64,000 nucleotides of DNA from Candidatus Niyogibacteria bacterium CG10_big_fil_rev_8_21_14_0_10_46_36 (GCA_002772995.1 PFCO01000001.1:64244-128243), one strand, 5' to 3'. Counted from the stretch's first letter, positions 40,864-51,392 are shown. Numbers and translations are program-made. The notes: generated from the letters alone by a model not told the origin.

Positions 40864-42016
40864 GAATAAGTTCTTTAAATATGATCTTCATCTTCCCGGC
40901 TATGCTTGTATCCCAATTATACCTCTCCTCCACCATACGCTTGGCATTTTGAATAATGCTATCGCGTAATGCATTATCGCGCATAAGTCTCTCCGCCTGC
41001 ATCGCAATACTTTTTGGATTGCGGACATTGCAAAAGAGACCCGTCACTCCGTCAGTTAAAAAATCAGGGATGCCGCCCACCGGAGTTGCAATAACCGGCA
41101 CCTCTGCCGCCATTGCCTCCAAAAAAGAATTCCCGAGACCCTCAGAAAGCGAAGGCCGTATGTATATATCAGCAATGCGCAAATATTTGGGCATATCCGC
41201 GTGGCTAATCTCGCCAAGAAAAAAAACTCTTTCGGCAACATGCAGATTTGTTGCAAGCTTTTTTAAATCGCGCTCAAGCGGACCCTTGCCAAGCACTAAA
41301 AATTTAACCCGATGAGGAAGACGTTCTAAGGCTCTTATACCATCGTCAACAGCATTTTTCAACACTAATCGCGAAGTGGTGATAACATACACATCCTCTT
41401 TACCCTTTCCTAGTGCGCGCTTTAACGCATCTAATTCTTGGGGGGCGTACTGCCGAGAAAAATGCGTATACGCGACCCCATTTGGCACCACATCAATCGG
41501 AACACGAGCTCCCCTTTTCTCTGCAAGTGATTTTAAATAATTACTGATAACCTGAATTCTGTCTGCCAAACGCAATGCCATCTTCCACATTAAAAACATA
41601 AGTCCTCCATACCGGTATGTCAGATGTGCTTCCGAATCGCCTTCTTGCAGTGTCAGCAGCACCGGCGTTTTTCTATGCAAACCGAGTACTTTCAAAAGAA
41701 ATGGCGACATGCTCGTAAACGATACCATCATGCTCCAAAAAAGAGAGAACGGCTGCTCTTTCACGAGAGACCGCGCCCGCAAGGCGCCGAGTACCGGGGA
41801 GCATAATTTATCAAAAAACGGCAACACTCCCCAACCAACACGATATACCTCTATGCTTCCCACGCGTTCGTGTTTTTTGTGCGCCCGCGAAAATCGGGTA
41901 GTAATCATAAAAAAATCGTATTCCGGCATACGATCAGTAATCTCTTTTATTGCGAGTTCCGCTCCTCCCACAAGCGGAAGGTACGCCGTTGAAAAAATAA
42001 GAACGCGCTGTTTCAT
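40847..42016 (-). CDS. GT4-family glycosyltransferase
   Basis: GGAE, VPNGV, PSLSEGLGNSFLEAMA, GGIPD. Confidence 0.93.
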   Translation of the reverse strand: MKQRVLIFSTAYLPLVGGAELAIKEITDRMPEYDFFMITTRFSRAHKKHERVGSIEVYRVGWGVLPFFDKLCSPVLGALRARSLVKEQPFSLFWSMMVSFTSMSPFLLKVLGLHRKTPVLLTLQEGDSEAHLTYRYGGLMFLMWKMALRLADRIQVISNYLKSLAEKRGARVPIDVVPNGVAYTHFSRQYAPQELDALKRALGKGKEDVYVITTSRLVLKNAVDDGIRALERLPHRVKFLVLGKGPLERDLKKLATNLHVAERVFFLGEISHADMPKYLRIADIYIRPSLSEGLGNSFLEAMAAEVPVIATPVGGIPDFLTDGVTGLFCNVRNPKSIAMQAERLMRDNALRDSIIQNAKRMVEERYNWDTSIAGKMKIIFKELIHGHQW

Positions 42017-42891
42017 ACGACTTGTGTACGCGAACGAACAATGCTTGCGATATAATCTCTAATACTATGCTCAGCTTTCCAGCCAAGCGCCCGTGCGGTA
42101 GTCGTATCAATCGATGAATCAATGCGGTTGCCGGGACGATTCGGTATCATTTCAATTTCGCTCTCAAACATATTTGCTATATCAAGAATGGAATGCGATT
42201 CCTCTGACCCAAGCCCGTATTCCTCTCTTTCTCCTTTTTCTCCAATAAGAATAAGGCCTTGCACAATATCGTTCACATGAGTAAAATTCCGGCGCTGATT
42301 CCCGGGCATGCGCACGGTCAGCGGTCCTCCTTTTATATACTGCTCCTTAAATATTTGAATCACTGAACCATATTCTCCCGAACGTTCACGCGGACCATAC
42401 ACATTATAGAAGTACGCAATAGAATACGGCAGGCCATACCAATCGCCATAATTTTTCACCAAGTCAGAATTTGTCGCCTTCGTCCACGCATACGGGCTTT
42501 GATGCCTGCCGAACCCGTTGTCCGCGAATTTCGTACTTGACCCCGCATATATAAGCTTGCATCCCTGCTGCCTGCAAAATTCTATTACGGCAAATGTCCC
42601 CATGCTATTGTATTCCCATACTTGCCGCACATCTTGAAAACTTTGTTCAACGCGCGGGTATTCTCCCAAATGATACACTATGGAAACCGGTTCTGTGATG
42701 TGGGAAAATATATCTTTTGTATCGCCTTCGATATACGTAGCACCCTCAATATGATTTTCTTTGAGTCCAGTGAAATAATTATCAAGCGAAACAACGCGGA
42801 TATGCGAATCCGCAGCAAGCCGCTCTATAAGGTTAGTGCCGATAAATCCTGCTCCTCCGGTAACTAATACCGTTTTTTGATGAGTAGCCAT
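42013..42891 (-). CDS. NAD-dependent epimerase/dehydratase
   Basis: TGGAGFIGTN, YAWTK, FYNVYGP, RNFTHV. Confidence 0.92.
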   Translation of the reverse strand: MATHQKTVLVTGGAGFIGTNLIERLAADSHIRVVSLDNYFTGLKENHIEGATYIEGDTKDIFSHITEPVSIVYHLGEYPRVEQSFQDVRQVWEYNSMGTFAVIEFCRQQGCKLIYAGSSTKFADNGFGRHQSPYAWTKATNSDLVKNYGDWYGLPYSIAYFYNVYGPRERSGEYGSVIQIFKEQYIKGGPLTVRMPGNQRRNFTHVNDIVQGLILIGEKGEREEYGLGSEESHSILDIANMFESEIEMIPNRPGNRIDSSIDTTTARALGWKAEHSIRDYIASIVRSRTQVV

Positions 42892-42896
42892 AGAAT

Positions 42897-43904
42897 CTAT
42901 TTTTTTTCTTTTTTCTTTGGAGATGCTTTCTTGTTTGTTTTTTCTTTTAAAAACGCCGCGACCTCATGGTCATGCCCCGTCGCTTTATCAAACGGAATAC
43001 CTTGCACTTCAAGAAGCGTGTTATTGTAATCCCGGACTGCCTCAAGAATCCGCACACCACGGTCAAGCAGCAAGCGATTTTCTGACTTGGGGGGTAACTG
43101 CTTCTCAAGCGTACGGGCAGTAAAAATAATTGCATCAAGATCCTTTGGCAAACAATATCCGCCGAAGCCCCGGTATGTTCCGTGATGCACATCAAGCCAC
43201 GCGTCTCCAATCCGCCGGTCATGAGCAACCATTTTCCGAACATTATTATAGTCAACGGGCGCTTTTATTCCTTCTTTTTTAAAAACATATTCAATGGCAT
43301 TGCAGATATCTGCGAATATATTACCGAACGCGACCTTCACCGCCCCGAATGAATTCCCTGCGTATTTCCCAAGTTCAGCCTCTGTCGCATTAATCCGCGT
43401 AAAGTTATACGCTCCGAGCGTCCCCGGAGAAGTAAAAAATGCGCGAGGAAGGAGATTGAGTATTTCTGAGGTGTGCTCCTTTGCTGATACGGTATGCCCG
43501 ACGACCTGCCGGTCGGGATTTATCATATCTTCCCATGCGCGCGATTCGGTCAAAAATTCCGGGTTAAACAAAACTTTTACTTTATACTTTTTAGCAATCC
43601 GTTCCGCCGTACCCGGTTCAACCGTAGACTTAATCACAAATGCCTTTTTCTTGTCGGCATACTCTTGAATCACGCTTTCTACAATCTTTACATTGCAGCT
43701 TCCGTCGGGATTCCGGGGTGTCGGCACCGTAACAAAAATAATATCTGCCTTTCTCACATTATCAGAGTATTGCTTCTTTGGATCAGTATCATAACAAAAT
43801 AGGTTCTTCCCGCGCACAAACCCTTCCAGCTCAAAATACCGTTTGAGCGGCTCGCCCACCATCCCCAATCCCACTATTCCTATGTTCGGTTTTTCTGTTG
43901 CCAT
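42897..43904 (-). CDS. UDP-glucose/GDP-mannose dehydrogenase family, lacking the C-terminal domain
   Basis: GLGMVG, VPTP, KSTV, NPEFL, GFGGYCLPKD. Confidence 0.9.
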   Translation of the reverse strand: MATEKPNIGIVGLGMVGEPLKRYFELEGFVRGKNLFCYDTDPKKQYSDNVRKADIIFVTVPTPRNPDGSCNVKIVESVIQEYADKKKAFVIKSTVEPGTAERIAKKYKVKVLFNPEFLTESRAWEDMINPDRQVVGHTVSAKEHTSEILNLLPRAFFTSPGTLGAYNFTRINATEAELGKYAGNSFGAVKVAFGNIFADICNAIEYVFKKEGIKAPVDYNNVRKMVAHDRRIGDAWLDVHHGTYRGFGGYCLPKDLDAIIFTARTLEKQLPPKSENRLLLDRGVRILEAVRDYNNTLLEVQGIPFDKATGHDHEVAAFLKEKTNKKASPKKKEKK

Positions 43905-43932
43905 AAAATATAGAGTATGACTAAATGCTCTA

Positions 43933-46209
43933 TCATTCAAGCGCGTCGAGACTCGCTAAAAAATTGTTAATTTCTTCCGCCAATGAAGGATCTTTCTCAA
44001 GAACCTCGCCGACAACCCGCCGCGCATCGGCATATCTTCCTTCATCCGCATATATCTCTGCGAGCAAAAGGCCCGCACGAGTTACCCGAGGATCCAAATT
44101 ATACACATCTTCAATGAACTTCCGTCCCCCCGGAGAATTATTCCCCTGCGCGACATCCAAGATAACATTCATCTTGGTTGTGTCGATATCGTTCAAATTA
44201 CCGCCGAGCCAAATCTTAAGTCTTTGCGTCTCTACCAATGCGGTGTCATAGCGCTCCGCGATAACATTGATGAAAGGCAAGTTATAAGACACCTCATAGC
44301 TGAATTTGTTATGCAATGCCAATTTTTTCTCCGCCTCACGAATAAGATCAAGCGCTATATCGTATTGACGCAACTTCGTATAAAAATTCGCGACAAACGG
44401 ATATAAAGGAATATAGTTCGGGGCGAACGCAATCGCGTCCTCGTGTATCTGGATTGATCGTCTTAGCAAATCCTCATCATCTTTTACAATTCCCAATACT
44501 CCATATAAACGTCCGAGCATGATAGAAAAACGGATATTGGGATGCGTTGTTCCGTAACTCGCGACTTCTTTTTCTAGCTCATCCTGTGCGCGAGTGGCTA
44601 TCGCCTGAATTTGAGCATTTTGCAAAAGACCAGGACTCCCCGAAAGTCCATCTGATACTAAACGCGCAAGCTGTTCCCGGACCTCCGGCTCTCCTATAGT
44701 CCCATGAGACGATGCGAGCGCCTCATTAAAATAACTAAGCACGGCATCGTTTTTCCCTTCTCCAACTGCACGGAACGCATCAATAAGAGCAGTGGATGCG
44801 CGATGCGGTTTTATTGTAGCAATGTACATAAACGCAAACGAGGCAAAAAACACTGCTATCACACCAAAGATATGTATGCCGGATATCGCCCGACTACTCA
44901 TGCTCTGGTATTTCTGCTCCCATGTCTCTTTTGAGACGGTCATCAAAACCGCGAGAAAAGCAACGACAATCGTAAGCATCATGTGTGTTGCGAGCACATC
45001 AAATACGAAAAGTGTCTGGAAAAGATATGTGATGACCATTCCAAATAATATGAGTGCGTCACGCGGTTTTAAAATGCCCCGCTTTGCGGCCTTCCGTAAA
45101 GAAAAGAGTATTGCGGCAATCAATAATAAATATGCGAAAAAACCAATGATACCAGTAGATACCAGCCACTCAAGCGGAACATTGTGCGTTCTATCAAACC
45201 ACGGTTCATTGCCGAATAACGCGGGGTTATAATGCTCTCCAAAAGGAATAATAAAATTATTCAATCCCCACCCAAGTACCGGCCTATCTAAAAATGCATC
45301 AACTGCCATTCCCCAAATAATAAAGCGGGAAGATACGGTAGTATCGGTTATCGAGATGCGCGAGAAGCGCGCAAGGACGCTGTTATTTTTTACGAACGAA
45401 ACGTCTTCAAGCATCCCGAGACCAAGGGGGGCAAGCGCGAGCGTGATAAGAATCAATCCTATGATCAGTTTTTTCTTTTTTTCTTTCACCATGAACATAG
45501 ACACAAAGACCATCGCTCCCAAGCCGGCAACAATACCTACAAGCGCTCCGCGCGAACCGGTCAAGAAAAATATAACGAGCTCAAAAAACGCGAGCGCCGC
45601 AAAAAGCACGCGAAGATACGTATTTCTGACATAAAAGAAAAAATACCCCAAAAGGAAGATGTGAAAAGTTAAATACGCGGCAACATATAACGGATTTCCC
45701 AGGGTTGAAATAACCCGGTCGCTATCGGCGAATGTTGTCACCGCCCCCGCGTATTCAAGCAGCCCATAAAATGACAAGAGAACACTTGCGGCAATAGACA
45801 TCCCGAAAAGGACAAACCAATCTCTCCGCTTCTGAAACACGCCTACAAGTACCAACAACAAGAGAAGTAAATGGAAATACGCGATGAATCCTTCCATGCG
45901 CTCAAAATTTGACCAAAAACTGTACGACGGATCAGTACTAAAAACGCTTGCAAGAAATGCCACCCCTATCAATAAAGAAAAAGCGATTATGATAAAGCTT
46001 TTTTTGGGCCAATAGTGCTTAAAATTGAGTATAAGCAGGCCGATCCAGCCGGCGGCAACAACATCAACAATCCCCCGAAAAAGAAAATTTTTAGTGGTAA
46101 TATACGGAAAAAACGCGCTCTTTGAAACGATTAACAATGTGAACGGCAACGCATAAATGCCGATACGCACTACCCATAACAATATTTTTTCTAATTCTCT
46201 TGATTGCAT
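43933..46209 (-). CDS. O-antigen ligase/O-oligosaccharyltransferase-like polytopic protein with a helical TPR-like tail
   Basis: About 12 TM helices, STLGNP, TGSRG, GWGLNNF, DRTHN. Confidence 0.85.
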   Translation of the reverse strand: MQSRELEKILLWVVRIGIYALPFTLLIVSKSAFFPYITTKNFLFRGIVDVVAAGWIGLLILNFKHYWPKKSFIIIAFSLLIGVAFLASVFSTDPSYSFWSNFERMEGFIAYFHLLLLLLVLVGVFQKRRDWFVLFGMSIAASVLLSFYGLLEYAGAVTTFADSDRVISTLGNPLYVAAYLTFHIFLLGYFFFYVRNTYLRVLFAALAFFELVIFFLTGSRGALVGIVAGLGAMVFVSMFMVKEKKKKLIIGLILITLALAPLGLGMLEDVSFVKNNSVLARFSRISITDTTVSSRFIIWGMAVDAFLDRPVLGWGLNNFIIPFGEHYNPALFGNEPWFDRTHNVPLEWLVSTGIIGFFAYLLLIAAILFSLRKAAKRGILKPRDALILFGMVITYLFQTLFVFDVLATHMMLTIVVAFLAVLMTVSKETWEQKYQSMSSRAISGIHIFGVIAVFFASFAFMYIATIKPHRASTALIDAFRAVGEGKNDAVLSYFNEALASSHGTIGEPEVREQLARLVSDGLSGSPGLLQNAQIQAIATRAQDELEKEVASYGTTHPNIRFSIMLGRLYGVLGIVKDDEDLLRRSIQIHEDAIAFAPNYIPLYPFVANFYTKLRQYDIALDLIREAEKKLALHNKFSYEVSYNLPFINVIAERYDTALVETQRLKIWLGGNLNDIDTTKMNVILDVAQGNNSPGGRKFIEDVYNLDPRVTRAGLLLAEIYADEGRYADARRVVGEVLEKDPSLAEEINNFLASLDALE

Positions 46210-46255
46210 AAGTAATTAAAGACTATCACAGTCCCCTATAAAAATAAATGCGCTA

Positions 46256-47284
46256 TTATTGTAAACGTTTTTTGACGATATCCGCGATAAAATCTTCTGT
46301 TATCTGCACCGCTTCGTGCGTAGCGCCTCCTATGTGCGGAACGATAATGAGCCTGCCCATCTTCTCAAAATCTTCAAAAGAAACGCATGCATGATTATAT
46401 AACTCATTCCCGCTTAAGTGCTTGCCGCCTCCCATATCCTCGCGCGCCATAACATCAAGCGCCGCGCCTTTTATCCATCCTTCTTTCAAGGCGCACAACA
46501 ACGCTTCTTCATCAACAAGTTCTCCGCGCGCCGTATTTACAACATAGGGCGTTTTTTCTTTCATCAATGCAAAATGTCTCCGCTGCAAAATAACTTCCGG
46601 CCTCTCCTGGTCATATGACGCATGCATGGATATAATATCTGCCCTTTTGCATAATTCTTCTAATGACAATGCTTTTTTTGCCGACCGTGCTGTTTTTTTG
46701 TACGGATCATAAAATAATACATTCATCCGAAACGCCTTTGCATATTGCGCGACAATTTTTCCTAAACGTCCGAACCCTATGATGCCGAGCGTCTTCCCCG
46801 CAAGCTGGTTGCCTTTGAAGGCATCTCGGTTCCATCTTTCGGAAGCGCTGCCAACACCTCTGCTGTTACCGTATCCGGTAACGGTGCCATACGCCCAAGG
46901 AATATTTCGAGCTAATGCCAATATAAGCCCCCACGTCATCTCCGCGGTTGAGGGGATATGTTTTAAAAATCCTGTGCGCCCCTTCAGAGAAATGATTTTT
47001 ATTTTTCTCTTCTTGGCTTCTCTCGTATCAATGTGATTCAGCCCTGTTGTATTTGTCGCAATTATTTTGAGATTTGGCATCTTATCCATCCACAAAAAGT
47101 CTATTTTATGCCTAAGACGCACCACGAGAACATTCGTATGCGCAAGGAAATCTTTTCTCTCATCGTCACTCGTCACTGACAGCGCAAGATCATCCTCCCA
47201 AAACCGGACATTACCAAGAGCGCGATAGATGGTAACCGCATTTGGAGAATAATCATGTTTTCCTTCTAAAATAAGTATGTTCAT
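46256..47284 (-). CDS. D-isomer-specific 2-hydroxyacid dehydrogenase
   Basis: TGLNHID, GIIGFGRLG, NTARG, LDV, PHIGG; ATGA overlap with neuA. Confidence 0.9.
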   Translation of the reverse strand: MNILILEGKHDYSPNAVTIYRALGNVRFWEDDLALSVTSDDERKDFLAHTNVLVVRLRHKIDFLWMDKMPNLKIIATNTTGLNHIDTREAKKRKIKIISLKGRTGFLKHIPSTAEMTWGLILALARNIPWAYGTVTGYGNSRGVGSASERWNRDAFKGNQLAGKTLGIIGFGRLGKIVAQYAKAFRMNVLFYDPYKKTARSAKKALSLEELCKRADIISMHASYDQERPEVILQRRHFALMKEKTPYVVNTARGELVDEEALLCALKEGWIKGAALDVMAREDMGGGKHLSGNELYNHACVSFEDFEKMGRLIIVPHIGGATHEAVQITEDFIADIVKKRLQ

Positions 47285-48012
47285 ACTCCTTTTTCCAACC
47301 GTATTAATGCTTTTTCGGCGACCTCCCAATCTTCGGGCTCATCAATGTCAACTATGTATTTTGTTTCTATTGTATATGGGGCAACCCGCTTCCCATAAAA
47401 ATGAGGGTCCTTTCCCTCAAATAAAAGATCTGTCTTAAAAAGATAGATCGCGCCAACGCTCCAATATGCATCTTTAAGGTCCTGCCGCCGTATCGCGCGG
47501 TTGCGCACCGGATCACCGTTTATCAACTCCATAAAACCGTCATCCCGTATGACCATGCCCTTATACGGGCTGAATTGCTTCGGTATCTTTGAAACGCTCA
47601 ACACAGTGTCTGCGCCGGCATCAAGAAGAGCAACGGCGTCCTTGATATGAAAAGGCTGACGCAACGGCGAAGTCGGCTGTAATATCATCACATAATCAGG
47701 TTTATATCCTTCCCGCTCCTTGAGCCACTCTACCGCATGCCGAATGACCGGTAAATGCGCCGTATTGTCTTTCGCTAATTCTTTCGGCCGTATGAACGGA
47801 ACTTCGCATCCATAGCGTTTCGCGACTTCCGCTATGTCTGCGTCATCGGTTGAAAGAATAAGACGGTCAAATACCTCGGATCTTTGCGCAGCAGCGATCG
47901 TATAAAAAATAAGCGGCTTTCCCAAAAGCGGCTTTACATTTTTGCCCGGAATTCCTTTCGAACCTCCACGCGCAGTAACAATGCCTAATATTTTTTTATG
48001 GCTCTTGCTCAT
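47281..48012 (-). CDS. neuA: Acylneuraminate (nonulosonate) cytidylyltransferase
   Basis: ARGGSKGIPGKN, STDD, LQPTSPLR, DID. Confidence 0.92.
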   Translation of the reverse strand: MSKSHKKILGIVTARGGSKGIPGKNVKPLLGKPLIFYTIAAAQRSEVFDRLILSTDDADIAEVAKRYGCEVPFIRPKELAKDNTAHLPVIRHAVEWLKEREGYKPDYVMILQPTSPLRQPFHIKDAVALLDAGADTVLSVSKIPKQFSPYKGMVIRDDGFMELINGDPVRNRAIRRQDLKDAYWSVGAIYLFKTDLLFEGKDPHFYGKRVAPYTIETKYIVDIDEPEDWEVAEKALIRLEKGV

Positions 48013-49171
48013 GGAATGTTTTTTGAATATACAGAGGAACTGTCGCAAGTGTTTCCGCGATACGCTCTGCGGTGTTTTCTCCATGGTACATGCTTGACGC
48101 CGGATACCGCCCATGCGTCATCTGCTTTTGTATCGCCTTTTTTATGTCTTCTTTTGTGTCAGAAACCTCTACGACATTTTCTGAACGCAATCGTCCGTTT
48201 TGCCGCGTGCCTGTCATAACAACAGGAACTCCCAAGTACGAACACTCTTTTATGCCCGCTGAAGAATTCCCGATAAGCATTTTAGTGTTTTTCAGCAACG
48301 CAAGAAAAACTTTCGGCGGCAAATACCGCGTGAATCTGATGGTATGACCCTCTGCCGTATCACGAAATCTGCGGAGCTCGTGCGAGATTTCTTCAGCACC
48401 TGCGTCAAAATTCGGCCAAAACCATAACGCGGGCATCCCTGTTTCATGTACCGCCTCCAAAAGCATCCGTGTTTTTTCTCCCAATGTTCCTACCTCAGTG
48501 CTTACGGGATGATACATCACCATCAAAAAATCATTATTGAATGCGATGCGCGCGCCACTCCCCGTTTCATCAAAATCTATAACGTCTGCCGAGTCGGTGG
48601 CGGCTTTGTGCACCAGCTCAACATCGGGACTGCCGAAATTAAATACATATTCCGGCCGCTCTCCCATGCAGATGACCCGCTTACGCGCATCTTCATTCGT
48701 CGTAAAGTGGATGTGCGCAAGCTTGGTAATCGCATGCCTTACTGATTCGTCGAGTGTCCCCGAAACATCTCCTCCTTCAATGTGCGCAACAGGGATATTC
48801 ATGTACGCCGCTGCAGTTGCCGCCGCAAGTACTTCAAACCGGTCCCCGCGCACAAGCACAAGATCAGGCTGTATTGCTCCGAAAATCGTCGAGAACTCTA
48901 TTGTTCCAAGTCCCGCGGTTTTTGCTTTTGTGATGCCGTCACTGCCTTCCAAATTGAAATATGCATCATGAATATGAGTAAATCCTCCGCGCCGCAATTC
49001 TTCCTTTATGTTTGTAAACTTGGAAAGATACTTTGGAAGAAGAGCAGCTCCCCCGACAATAATGTGCAGCTCCGTATCATCACGCCTGCGGAGCTCTTCA
49101 AGTATCAAAAAATTCCTGCTGTAATGAATAAAGCTCGTAATTACAAAACAAATTTTTCTTTTCTTATTCAT
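47996..49171 (-). CDS. neuC: Hydrolysing UDP-GlcNAc 2-epimerase (NeuC/LegG family)
   Basis: GDRFE, HIEGG, DESVRHAITKLAH, GNSSAGIKE, GTRQ. Confidence 0.92.
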   Translation of the reverse strand: MNKKRKICFVITSFIHYSRNFLILEELRRRDDTELHIIVGGAALLPKYLSKFTNIKEELRRGGFTHIHDAYFNLEGSDGITKAKTAGLGTIEFSTIFGAIQPDLVLVRGDRFEVLAAATAAAYMNIPVAHIEGGDVSGTLDESVRHAITKLAHIHFTTNEDARKRVICMGERPEYVFNFGSPDVELVHKAATDSADVIDFDETGSGARIAFNNDFLMVMYHPVSTEVGTLGEKTRMLLEAVHETGMPALWFWPNFDAGAEEISHELRRFRDTAEGHTIRFTRYLPPKVFLALLKNTKMLIGNSSAGIKECSYLGVPVVMTGTRQNGRLRSENVVEVSDTKEDIKKAIQKQMTHGRYPASSMYHGENTAERIAETLATVPLYIQKTFHEQEP

Positions 49172-49362
49172 ATGTCGTCTGTCTTTTTTCTATAAAAATA
49201 ATTGACGAAATAATATATATGTATTGTAGTATGGTTTTTGCTACCTGTCTCCCTAAGTAGCCCGTTCTTCGTGCGTCCCTCTCATTTCTCTCCCCTGAGA
49301 TACAATAATATGGCATTATAATACAATTTATCACCCCACCTAGTCTAGACTTGACAGTAATA

Positions 49363-49393
49363 AAAAAGAGTGGAATTTTAATTCCACTCTTTT
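49363..49393. terminator. Terminator after neuB
   Basis: AAAAGAGTGGAAT-TTTA-ATTCCACTCTTTT. Confidence 0.8.
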
Positions 49394-49405
49394 GCTCAAA
49401 AACCC

Positions 49406-50545
49406 CTACACAATGATGTCTTTAGTGATGGGATCGTATTTTTTTAAAGCTTTCGTTATCGTCTTTCCCAATACAGATTCATACTCTTCTGAGGGCAGCC
49501 CGCCGGCATATTGCTGGGGTCGCATGGCATAAAGCACATCTTTTGTGAGAACAGTGCCTACAGACATGTCATGACCCGCCATAAGCGATTTTCTGAATAA
49601 TGGACGGAAAGCCGACTCTCCTTCTTGGAGACACTTTTCTCTGGGTGCTGTCTGCGCTCTCTTTGCAAAATCACTCGCCAGCACTGCTTTTTTTCTGGAG
49701 CCGCTCTCATATGCCGCATGCGCGCGATCCACTAATTCTTTAAATTCGCCAGGTGTAAATGACACCTTATGGTCAGCGCCATACAACTCGCGGTCCATAG
49801 AAAAATGTTTTTCTATAATCGTTGCGCCCAAAGCTACCGCCGTCTCTACCGAATCAAATGAAAGAGAATGATCCGAAAATCCTATCGGCATCTGAAATAT
49901 CTCTTTATATAGCTCTATTGTTGGGAGACGAAGCTCCTCTGGCGGGCAAGGATATTGCGACACGCAATGCAAAAGTGCAACCTTATCATTCTTCTCCCGC
50001 AAAAAGGCAACTGCTCTTTTTACTTCTTCAAGGGTGCTCATCCCCGAAGAAATAATAATTGGCTTGCCGCTCTCACGCATATAATCGAGCATAACAAAAT
50101 CCAAAATATCACCCGAACCGATTTTCCAAAATTGCATGCCTACAGAATCCAGCATTTTTGCAGCACCCCGGCTCATTGGCGTAGAAAGAAAATATATCCC
50201 CTTTTTATCACAATACGCCTTTAAGGGCTTCCAAAAAGCTTCAAACGGAGTGGCGTTTGTATTACGCGTTACCCAAGAATATCGATCGCTCCCTTTAAAG
50301 TGAGGCGCTGTTACATCAATATCAAGCTGCTCGTCTTCAACATTATGTGTCTGCCATTTTACGGCATCAACACCTGCTGCGGCCGCTTCGTCAACGAGCT
50401 GTTTTGCATTCGCCAAATATTCCTCTACCGAGCGATCTTCTTCCGTTTGGATGAAGTTCTTTCCTGCTTCGGCGATAATAAAAAGGTCCGTGCTTAGCTT
50501 TTCCCAGATCATATCCATGCCTCCTCTTTGTTTGTGAATGTTCAT
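49406..50545 (-). CDS. neuB: N-acetylneuraminate/nonulosonate synthase with SAF domain (start 50545, or 50512/50518 after AGAGGAGG)
   Basis: IIAEAG, KIGSGD, SSGMS, HCVSQYP, GFSDH, IEKHF, DH. Confidence 0.93.
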   Translation of the reverse strand: MNIHKQRGGMDMIWEKLSTDLFIIAEAGKNFIQTEEDRSVEEYLANAKQLVDEAAAAGVDAVKWQTHNVEDEQLDIDVTAPHFKGSDRYSWVTRNTNATPFEAFWKPLKAYCDKKGIYFLSTPMSRGAAKMLDSVGMQFWKIGSGDILDFVMLDYMRESGKPIIISSGMSTLEEVKRAVAFLREKNDKVALLHCVSQYPCPPEELRLPTIELYKEIFQMPIGFSDHSLSFDSVETAVALGATIIEKHFSMDRELYGADHKVSFTPGEFKELVDRAHAAYESGSRKKAVLASDFAKRAQTAPREKCLQEGESAFRPLFRKSLMAGHDMSVGTVLTKDVLYAMRPQQYAGGLPSEEYESVLGKTITKALKKYDPITKDIIV

Positions 50546-50551
50546 GCCAAA

Positions 50552-50580
50552 AGAATATAAAACACATACCAAAATGTCAA
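50552..50580 (-). promoter_or_regulatory. Sigma70 promoter of neuB
   Basis: TTGACA-17-TATTCT. Confidence 0.75.
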
Positions 50581-50706
50581 CCAGATGTATTGTCACCCTT
50601 CGGCAAGTTTAGAATAAGCTCAAGGCAAGCTACCAAGAATACCCATAAATAGAATATAAAAAAAGCGGGCACATGAGGCCCGCCCGCAAAAACTAATAAG
50701 CTAGAT

Positions 50707-51387
50707 CTAATATTCCACATCATCCTTATACGCGATAACTTTTACATGAGAAACGCCCGCGCGCCCGGAAAGCTCCCGCACAAATTCATCAATACGAAGG
50801 GTGTCAATAAACTTTACATGATACACCATCTCGGACGCAGTACCTCCCTCTCGTGCGTTAATGTTCAAAAGCATGCTATTTTTTATGTATTTCTGAAACA
50901 ACTCCTCAAATGAGTGGGACCCGCCGTCCTTACTGTCCACAATAAACGAAAGCAGATGTTCGTGCGAATGGAATGAACCGAAATTAATCTTTGTAAGAAA
51001 AAAGATTATCGCTAATATCAGCGCTGTCGAAACAAGCGCAATCGCGTAATTTCCGGTACCAACTGCCATACCCACACCCAACGCAAAGAAAATAAATCCT
51101 ACATCTTTCGTATCTTTGACCGGCGTCCTGAACCGGATAATGGAAAAAGCGCCCAAGAGAGCAAATGCCCGCGCAACGCTGCTCCCGATGACCATCATCA
51201 CCATTGCAACGATAACCGATACCAATACAAGCGTGAATACAAAGGACTGCGAATACGACACCCCGCGATGGGTTTTTTTATACACATACGCAATCAAAAA
51301 AGACAACCCAAATGTGAGCAGGATATTGAACGCAATATACGGAATGGAGAAAGACGCCCCCGCGCCTTCCGAAAATAAACTTTCCAT
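50707..51387 (-). CDS. DUF4956-family membrane protein
   Basis: ALLGAFSIIRFRTPVKD, GMAVGTG, TM bundle with an ACT-like tail; next to the VTC gene. Confidence 0.88.
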   Translation of the reverse strand: MESLFSEGAGASFSIPYIAFNILLTFGLSFLIAYVYKKTHRGVSYSQSFVFTLVLVSVIVAMVMMVIGSSVARAFALLGAFSIIRFRTPVKDTKDVGFIFFALGVGMAVGTGNYAIALVSTALILAIIFFLTKINFGSFHSHEHLLSFIVDSKDGGSHSFEELFQKYIKNSMLLNINAREGGTASEMVYHVKFIDTLRIDEFVRELSGRAGVSHVKVIAYKDDVEY

Positions 51388-51392
51388 ATGGA

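Noticed and set aside
46863-46884. Palindrome GTTACCG-TATC-CGGTAAC within an apparent insert in the dehydrogenase
   Set aside because: Short, single copy and in frame; not distinguishable from chance
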